From positions 1,984,001-2,048,000 of the forward strand of contig JBLDXI010000010.1 of the NCBI GenBank assembly GCA_047495785.1: 64,000 nucleotides of DNA, in the 5' to 3' direction. The stretch is from Lepidodermella squamata (taxonomy: Eukaryota; Animalia; Gastrotricha). The notes beneath the pieces are model-generated. The model was not told the DNA's origin and searched no databases. It saw nothing but the letters and a program-made list of their open reading frames with translations. Made by a program: the position numbers and the translations under genes. Shown piece by piece: positions 55,678 through 64,000 of this stretch. The first letter of the stretch is position 1. The number at the start of each line of letters is the position of its first letter.

Positions 55678-56286
55678 ATCTTTTAGCGGAACCAAATTTG
55701 ACTGTTGCGGAATCTAATTTTAGATGGGCAATAGGTCGCTTTTCAAATATTTCCATAAAATATTTAAGGCAAGATAAATGAAGAAAGCGTCTTATAGATA
55801 TAATTACACGCTGATGAATAGGTTCTATGCTAGATAATTGAGCAGACAAAAAGTGAGCAACGAAAATTGAGCAAGGGCTTTTTAGCAACGATATGAGAGC
55901 AAACGAAATTAGAGCAAATTTAATAATTAATTGTAGCTCTTATTTGGCAGACCGTCATAACAGCAAATACCCAAAACAGCAAACGCGACAGAACAGCAGA
56001 AACACGATGCATCTTTTACATAGTAAGTTTTCGCTGTTTTGTCGCGAAATAAAAAATTTGCTGTTTTGTCGCATTTGCTGTTCTGCGAAGCTGCTGTTTT
56101 GTCGCCGTTTTGTCGCGGCATTATTTATTGTAAACACAATTTGTTCTAAAGTCGTTTTGCTCTAATTTCGTTTGCTCTTATATCGCTGCTCAAAAGCCCT
56201 TGCTCTATTTTCGTTGCTCAATAAGCATAGAACCTTGAAAGTTTCAAAAAGTGAAAATTCCAAATTTTGGCTCCGCTAAAAGATAG
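55678..56286. mobile_element. MITE with ATCTTTTAGCGGAACCAAA termini, containing a nested GGTTCTATG-family MITE (55821-56234) that itself carries an insertion
   Basis: Inverted ends; the inner element shares TIR and GAGCAA subrepeats with 34477/38999. Confidence 0.7.
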
Positions 56287-56923
56287 GCATTCTGGAAAAA
56301 CATTTAAACTTGAAAACATTTAAATTTTAAAATTCGAATTAAATTCTTTTGAATTTTGAATCGAAAATTCGAAATTATTTAATCGATTTAAATGAAAGTC
56401 GTCGATTTGTCACGTCTTTCCCAATACTATTTACAATTGGCCTCTCTGTGACAATTTTAGGCTTCAGAAGATGCCGATCTGAAACTCCGGGTAAAATAAT
56501 TTGTACTCTAGTTGACGGTCTAAAAGGTATAGGGGAACTGAAATAACAAGGTGCCCAATTATCGATAAAAAAGAAAATGTCTATAATTTTCGAAACATTG
56601 GAAAGATTTAGCACTGGAACCTTGTGCCAATAATCCAAACTAAAATTGAATAAAAATTATTCAATATTTCCGCTCTTCAATGCGAATTTTTTGCAAATCA
56701 GAATCATTATTATCGAAAAAAGGGAACACGTGCGCTAAGTGTTACGATTCAACTTTCACGCGGCCTCATCGCCAAGCACGTGCGACGTTGGCCGAGCCGT
56801 TTCAAATCTACTAAATAATATAAAAGTCAATAACGAATCTTGAATTCACTGTAAATCGATATATTCATTTCACGCAAAGATTTGATAGATCAATCAACAT
56901 TGTGTTCTAATCGAAAATAAATC

Positions 56924-57184
56924 ATGTCCGACCGCTTCGACATCACGTTCAACATATTCGGCCACGGTGAGCTGTACAGGTTGAACGTATCGCCTAAAGA
57001 CACGGTGCGTGACGTTATTCGAATGCTGCGATCAGTGGCTGGCGAGCAAGCCATTACGGACAGCGTCAACATTATGCATGGCAATGAACAGCTCGATGAA
57101 AATATGACGCTGGCTCAGTACGGCATCCAACCGCGCCACACCATCCACGTTATTCCGCGCATTCAAGGCGGCCGTCACGCTTGA
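56924..57184 (+). CDS. Novel ubiquitin-like protein precursor, 86 aa, ending GG-RHA
   Basis: Beta-grasp pattern aligns with ubiquitin: LNVSPKDTV, QLDENMTLAQYGIQ, TIHVIPRIQGG. TATA-like TATAAAA near 56819; intronless. Confidence 0.9.
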   Translation: MSDRFDITFNIFGHGELYRLNVSPKDTVRDVIRMLRSVAGEQAITDSVNIMHGNEQLDENMTLAQYGIQPRHTIHVIPRIQGGRHA

Positions 57185-58411
57185 ACGAACTCGCCGCGCG
57201 GTTTCGTCTCGCTGTCAAATTAAAACGGCTGCCTTTTTGTAAAAAAACCGAAATAATTGATAAACTTAAAATTCAAAATTTATTCAGTGGTTTTTTCGAA
57301 AATAAAAACTGTGACCAATTTTCCTACTTTGCTATAAATTAGAGTCGAACCACTATTTTTTCCAATTTGTTTTGAAACGCAAATCTGTTCATGCGGCGTG
57401 TCCTGTACCGTTTACTCATTTTATTATTTTTTTTTAGGGAATTTAAACTAATTTTTGAAATTAATCACACTGGGGACTCCACGATTTCACCGAAGAAATT
57501 TGTTCGGTAATTTTCGGTTTTTACTTGGTTGGACCAAATTTCTTCTTATTTTTTAATCCCATTCATAAGAGACATTTTTGATTACTGTTCTTATGACATT
57601 TTAGATTTTTCTATGATTTTTCTTGCCTTGAGATATTCAGTAAAATCGGAAATAATTAGTTCGCAATTTAGCCGCTAATTAACCGATATTTACTCGGGCA
57701 TTTAGGACCCTGGAACCTCCTATTCAGCCTAACATTTTCCATTGAAGCTTCCAATTACCGAAAAATGAAATTCAATGCGATAAATGCCACATTTTTGGTA
57801 AAAAGTATAAAAGGCGGGCTTTCTTGAAAATTATCGATATTGAAAAATGGCAATTATTCGTCCGATGTGACCTGAGTTGGTTGCCTCTCTTGCCAGAAGC
57901 TTCACGGTTTTTTGAGAGATGGTCCTTAAAATGGATCGAATTCACCGATTCCTGAAAAAAACATTGCACGACTATCTGAAACTCAAGGTTCTGTAATATT
58001 GGCACAAATCAATCGAAAATTCCGCAAAATCATTTCGGATCGCGGTTATAGCGGGACCTTCTCCGTAGGCGCGTTATTGACCTGATTCCCGGGCAAGAAA
58101 AATTTCCTATAAAGCCTTTTCACAGGATGGTGCCATGCAACCTCAAATCCTGTAAAATGCCAATTTCAAAACTGAGAATTTTTAATAAATTAGAGGACAG
58201 CATTATCATCATCCATTTTTTTTGATCTCGAACCGAATTGTAACGAAAATTTGAGAAATATTTCCCCCAGGCAAGATCTATATCGATTGGCAAAAATCGC
58301 TTCAAAAATTACTCATGTTTTATGAAAAAGTGCTGGGCAAAATTATTACACATAAGTACGTCATTATAATTATCCGAATTACGACTATAATTTTTATTTC
58401 CTAAATCGGAA

Positions 58412-58650
58412 TATCTTTTAGCGAAACCAAATATGCTTTTTGCGGAACCAAACTCGAAATATGCTAAAAGTCATTTTTTGAATATTTCTAAGACTTTTAG
58501 GCTGAGCATGAATTCTGAATTGAACACTGCACCTTATGGAGAATTTTGCGCTGAATTTTCTAGAATTATTGTGGCCAATCTTCGATTCAGCTAGAAAAGT
58601 CTAAAATGTGGTTCCGCTCACCGTAAATTTGGTTCCGCTAACAAGAGGAT
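58412..58650. mobile_element. MITE of the GCGGAACCAAA family (related copies at about 10420-10620 and 11850-12030)
   Basis: Inverted GCGGAACCAAA / TTTGGTTCCGCT repeats; internal GAATTCTGAATTGAACACT shared with the SOS intron copy near 11890. Confidence 0.65.
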
Positions 58651-58951
58651 CCTTTCCTGAATTCCATTCGGTTTTTTTTCATTTTTTCAAATTCCTCTTC
58701 GATTTCGCCGATTATTCTATATTTTTCAAGCGATTTTAATCACGCCATGTTTTCCTTTACACCGTGTCATGGCATAAAAAAAATGTGATTTAATCTGTTG
58801 ACTCATCTTGACATCTTGACAATCGCGTGTCATCATTATGGCGCCACTTGGCAAGCAAACGGTTCTTCAAGCACGCGCCTTCTTTCATTTTCGATTTTTC
58901 CACAACAGGTTCATTCAGTTTTCGCCTTACATCTTAGAAATTTTTCTCGCA

Positions 58952-59747
58952 ATGGCTTGTAATTTAACCGGCGCTCTTCGACTGCAACACGATTTGAACA
59001 AGTAAATACAACAATTTTAACACAAATTATTGTATAATCGAATTGTTTCCAATTTTAGGGTGCTTACGAATCCGCACTCATGCGGAACTGCGGCGCCGGT
59101 CGATGACAATTTATTCCAGTGGCGAGGCTTCATCTTTGGGCCGGCTAAATCGCCCTATGCTATGGGCATTTTTCGCGTTCAACTCGATTTCCCGCTAAAC
59201 TACCCTGCCTCGCCGCCTATCGTCAAGTTTCTCGACAACATGTTCCACCCTAATAGTAATAATTATCTTCATAGCATTTTTGAAAAAATTCCTAGACTTT
59301 TTTATAGATATTTTGAATAAATTTTAGATTTTTATATAAATTGGTAATTTCAAAAATTTAATTTTTTTAATTTTTCTATATTTTTTTATTCTTAATTTTA
59401 ATTTTAGTGAAATTTTGAAAATGTTTCAATAATTTATTAGAGAATAAATAAATTAAAAAAATTCAACTTTTTCGAACTGTTTTAATTTTTTTCAATGCTC
59501 GCCCGATTCTTCTACCTTAGTTAATTCAAGCGGTGGCGTTTGCGTCAGTCACTTGAAGCAAGGAAATTGGGATCCTAGCATGGATGTCGCCGCTATTTTG
59601 GAGTGTCTAGCTTCACTTTTGCTGAACCCGAATCCAAATAGCCACATTAATCGCGACGCTGCCGACTTGCTGCTGAAAAATCCCGCCGAGTACGAATCTC
59701 GCTGCCGCGAAATCGCCCGTCAAACCAGCCAACGGCCAAGGAGCTAA
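58952..59747 (+). CDS. Ubiquitin-conjugating enzyme E2, divergent RAD6/UBE2D-like, 3 exons
   Basis: Exons 58952-59001, 59059-59255 and 59521-59747. W..IFGPAKSPY..GIF, FPLNYPASPP, MFHPNINSSGGVCVSHL (HPN and catalytic Cys), SLLLNPNPNS. Confidence 0.93.
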
Positions 59748-59848
59748 ACTTGAACTTTGAACGATTGAGGAAAATACATGATTATGCAAGCTACTGTGAA
59801 TTTCTTCACGCATTTTAGGTACTTTTAAAATCGTTTTTACTGATCGAA

Positions 59849-62638
59849 ATGGGAAAAGACAAGAAGAAGAGCAAGAAGACCAAGGCCGGTGCGGAGGCAG
59901 CGCCTGATTCCAAGCTACAACCGGCTCCGATTGAAGAAAATCCGGCTAATAACTTGCCAGAAACTTTGGTTGCTTTGTCCAATGCGAAAGATGGAGAAAC
60001 TCCGAATCAGCCATCTTTGGTTCCAGGTTCTGAGCTCCCAGTTGAGAGCAAACCCGAAGCTCTTTGCCAAGTGGAACAAATGGTGGTTAAAGAGAATCCT
60101 GTTAATCACGAACTTGAAAGTTCGGCAGCCATGACTGACGCGATACCGTCTTCAGTTACCGAAGCTCTAGCACAAGGCGAGAGCAAGGCCGAAGCTCCTC
60201 GCCAAATCAAAGTTCATGAACCTGCTTTTCATGAAAGCATCGACTCACCCGAAAATTCAGCAACTATATCCTCTGCGAAAGATGAGAAAAAGTCACTTGA
60301 ACCTTGTTTTGTTGGCGATGCTGAGATCAAATATTCAGCTGTTGGCCAAGCCGAACCAATGGAACAAGAAGTAGAGAGCGCTCCGATAAGTTTCCAAGCT
60401 GAGAATCCGATCCAAGTTGGGGAGAACGTCGAAGCTCCTATTCACGAAGAGAACGTCGAAGCTCCTGTTCACGAATCTGCAACCACCAGTGAGCTGAATT
60501 CGGAAGTCGAAAAGGTTCCAGACGCAACTGTTTCGGAAAATGTTAGCACACGCGATTCTACGGTTGAGGAATCCCCGCAGGAACTTGGACAGGAACCTTC
60601 AGAGATTGTAAGCCAGCCTCGATTCGGCCAGTTGTCACAATCGGTTTACCACAATTCGCCCAAAGCTGTTCAAGATTCCGAGCCGAAGACGGAAGCTGGA
60701 AAGCAATCTGGCACTCCTTCGTCCCTTCACAGTAAAAAATCCGCGAAGTCCGCCTTTCAACCGAAAGATAACTCAGACCAATCGCCAGCTGAGCTGCCAA
60801 GCCCTGTTAACAAGAAACCGCACTTGGATATCGGCAAATCGCAGATGGATATCGAAAACCTCGCGAGCCCTGATCAGAAGAGCCACAAGCATCATCGCAA
60901 GGGCAGGAAGAACCAAGCGTCCGCGCCCCCGCACGATCCTGATGATGTCGAGTGGGCTGATGATAGCAGGAGCAAGTCTTCGTCGAGGAACGATAAGGCA
61001 ACCCGTCGCAAGGCGAACCAACGATCGAGCGACGACGAACCGCCTGCCAAGGCGAAGCTACCGGCTGCGTCCAATCAGGAAGCTGAGGAAAGGTTCAAGC
61101 AAAAGCTTGCCGAGTTTCAATACCGCGGCATGGCGATCAAGCCTGCTATCCGGCTTCAGAACGTTGGCAATACCGTAAGTTTTTTCTTACTTAATTTCTT
61201 AATTTAATTCATAGATTTCAGTGCTACGTCAACAGCGCTCTTCAGGCAATCCTGCCGATTGAAGAGTTGTATCGATACGTCACAAGCCATCCTTCTTCCC
61301 AACCTATAACTCGAACCGTTACCAAGTTCGTGAAGCTGGCCTATGAAACCCCAGGATCTTACCACGATCCAACCGATATCCGATCGGCAGTTTCGTCTCG
61401 CGTACGAACCTTCCAGATTGGCCGGCAAGATGACGCCATGAATTTTCTGGCGTTGGTTCTTCAAAAACTGCATGCAGAGTGGAACGAAATCGGCGAGCAG
61501 CCTCCTTTTCAAATCATTCAAGCTGTTGGCCAGGAATCTTGCCGCGACGTTGCCCAAAGTAAGCTAAATTTACATATGAAACTTCGTAACAAATTCTTCG
61601 AAAAAACAACAGAACATTGGCGTTACGATTCGAGTTGCCACATGTCTGAGATAACTCGGCTGTTGCGGTTCCAAGAAATCACGATCGCTAAATGCTCCAA
61701 GTGTCGCAAAGTCATTCCAGCATATTCGGCGTTTCAGTGCTTCAACATTTTGATTCTCGCGTTCAAAGAAGAAGATCGCAAACGGTCGCTCACGTTGAAC
61801 GACCTGCTCGAGCAACACTTTGCTGAGAAGGCTCGAAATTTCAAGGATGACCCTTGCCCGTTCTGCTATGAAAATGCTTTCAACCTGGAGGAGCGTGGTA
61901 TTGCTTCGTGCCCGCCGTATCTCATCGTTCAGCTGGCCAGGATTGAAGAGAATCTGATGACCGGGCGTCGGTCGAAGATCGATAGCCACGTCACTTATCC
62001 GAAGAGGTAGGATGATTGACCTTACGAAGTTGCTTTTTAATCTTTTTCCTAGGCTTGAGATTCCCGATAGCTCCACGAATCTTGCTGCTTACGAGCTCAT
62101 TTCCGTTATCAATCACTCCGGCTCACTGGAACACGGCCATTACTTCACCTATTCGAAGCGTGGCGAAGATTGGTTCGTCTTCAACGATTCCAGCATCGAA
62201 AAGCTGACGAGTAGCAATCACTTCTCAAACAACTCGAACGCGTGCCTGTTTGTCTATCGAAAAGTTGACCAGCAAATGGTTGAATCCAAGCCAGAACTCA
62301 CCGCAGATCTCGACCAGCCTGGCATTGAACCTCGCGCAAAATTTGACGAACCTATCACTGTTGAACAGCCTGTTTTACCCTCGCCAAGTGAGCCACCTTC
62401 TTTTTCTGATTATCGCCCTCTTAGCTACGGGTCTATCGAAGATGAGACCAACGAACCTGCGAATCATGATTGCAGCATTAACGCTCGATTACTCAACGAA
62501 GACGCCGAGAAGAAGCGACGAATCTCAAAAAAGGCTACGCTGATAGCTGTTGGCTTGGTTACGACCATTGGCTGCGGTGTTTTGCTGTGGTACTTCTTAT
62601 CTCGCTCTGACAACAAAGTTCCTGCGCAAAGCCCTTAA
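59849..62638 (+). CDS. USP-family deubiquitinase with acidic disordered N-terminus and C-terminal transmembrane anchor, 3 exons
   Basis: Exons 59849-61174, 61222-62006 and 62053-62638. Cys box LQNVGNT|CYVNSALQ, QDDAMNFL, His box HSGSLEHGHY...WFVFNDS; terminal hydrophobic LIAVGLVTTIGCGVLLWYFL. Confidence 0.92.
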
Positions 62639-62718
62639 AGAACTGATTCTCAAAATAAAGGACATTCACGTTTCGAATTTAAGAATTAAGCTTTGAATTT
62701 CCATAGGGTTTACATAGA

Positions 62719-63897
62719 ATGGCGGCTTACGTAATACCATGTGACAAGTTCGAGCCTGTATCGTATTCTGATTCTGATTTGTGCCATTTATGCGATTGTG
62801 AAATGTACTATCATACTGGGGGTAAGATTTACAGATTGAATCCTAAAATACGTTTTCCTTGTCTGAAATCTGAAACAGGGTTGTTTGGTAAATGTACGTG
62901 TTGCAACTGCCAGAAATATCTGCCTAGAAGCTTCAATTGCAAGAACTGTAATTTAATACTCGGCAATCATTCAAAGGAAGCAGGTGGGTGTTTCCAACTT
63001 TTTCCGATTTGAATTACTTTTGTATTGTTACAGTCATATCTTTCACGGCCGAGATGGACGGCTCGAATAAGCAGGTCTCAATCGCTCAACCCCAAGTTTG
63101 CTCTCGACCTGAGCCAGATGATATGGAATGGGACCGTTACGAGACGAAAGTTGTCAAGAAACGCCCTCCTGTTAAACCACCTGGTAAAAATTTGCCAGTC
63201 ACGTCCGGCCAAGTACTTGCGAACAATCAGAATGCTAAGGCGCTTGCAAAGCGCGGAAACCCAACCAAAGCTCCGAAGCCCTATGTCGAGGTGAAGCCGC
63301 CGCAAGAAGTCATTCATCTTGGTGTAACTGGCCTCAGGAATGTTGAGAACAACGTAGGGATCAACTGGCTTTTAATTGTCAAAGTTTTGCTGTCAGTGCT
63401 ATCTTAACAGCTTGTTGCAATGTCTAAGCCACGCGGAGGGTTTCAAACGCATATGCCTGGCAGAGTGTACCAAGAAGCGCGGCCCGCTGTTCAGCTCGAT
63501 CGCTAAGACCATTGAGGCTCTATGGTCTCAGGAAAAGGTGACTGATTCGTCGCTAGTGAAGCGGCAACTGGCGCGAATCGACAATAGATTCTCGACGAAT
63601 GAACACCACGATTTGCTCGATGTCATGATGGTCTTACTTCGACAGCTTCATGCCGAATTGAACGAGGGCGATACGGAAGCGTACCGAATTATCAATGAAA
63701 CCGACCTTCGGCGGATGTGTACAGGTGAGGAAAATAGAAGATTCGAGGCGCATTTTGTCGAAGGTTTAAGCTGCTATGTCGATCTTGAATTGCTGACCCT
63801 TACCAGTCGTCTGAGCGAAATTTCCGACGCAGACAATGTTTTTATAGCGTGGAATATTTTTCGATGCCCTTTTAGCTATTTCTCAATCCCCTCTTGA
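62719..63897 (+). CDS. Second USP deubiquitinase, probably with an N-terminal Cys/His Zn-binding module; 3' part unresolved or beyond the window
   Basis: Introns 62822-62878, 62984-63033 and 63354-63396 join the Cys-rich ORF in frame to GLRNVENN|CYLNSLLQCL...EHHDLLDVM. His box not in the window. Confidence 0.75.
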
Positions 63898-64000
63898 TGA
63901 AGCTATGCGTGAAAATATCGAAAAAATTGAAAAAGGGCTGAGTTATGGGAACAATTTGTGGTGCCACTACTTTTGGTGAGCGTGGGTGGTTTGCCACCCG

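Noticed and set aside
59521-59849. Possible E2-USP fusion by cis-splicing
   Set aside because: The E2 ends at a normal length with TAA and I found no phase-compatible donor; separate cistrons are more parsimonious.
61990-62060. Apparent frameshift or stop in USP-a between ORFs 61267-62010 and 62012-62638
   Set aside because: Explained by a 46-nt GT-AG intron (62007-62052).
51967-63897. Horizontal transfer of a prokaryotic or viral ubiquitin operon
   Set aside because: The genes have host-type short introns, a multidomain UBA1 architecture and USP (not JAB) proteases, which points to duplication of eukaryotic genes.

Overview
Compact invertebrate-animal genomic DNA with short (about 43-60 nt) GT-AG introns. 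I could not identify the species. The window has three zones. (1) 1-34 kb holds two divergent runs of tightly packed, co-oriented housekeeping genes. Minus strand: TMEM259, NAA40, NRDE2, TRMT6, SOS, ACTR10, a carbonyl reductase. Plus strand: ACTR1, an SRSF4/5/6-like gene and a lipoyl-less PDHX-like gene. Most ATGs follow an apparently unpaired 3' splice acceptor, which suggests trans-spliced operons. (2) 34-52 kb is transposon-rich. It contains nested non-autonomous elements, an apparently intact Mutator/MULE element with a perfect 9-bp TSD, an EGF/C-type lectin gene, and an orphan secreted Cys-rich gene with a pseudogene copy. (3) 52-64 kb is the main finding: a clustered ubiquitin-like conjugation cassette. 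It encodes a divergent full-length UBA1-type E1, head-to-head with a novel Ubl that ends in GG-RHA and lacks all seven ubiquitin lysines, then a divergent RAD6/UBE2D-like E2 and two paralogous USP proteases (one tail-anchored, one probably with an N-terminal Zn-binding module). The E1 is altered at the residues known to set Ub-tail and E2 specificity, which suggests a naturally orthogonal ubiquitin-like pathway. All gene models and alignments were made by eye, with reference sequences recalled from memory.
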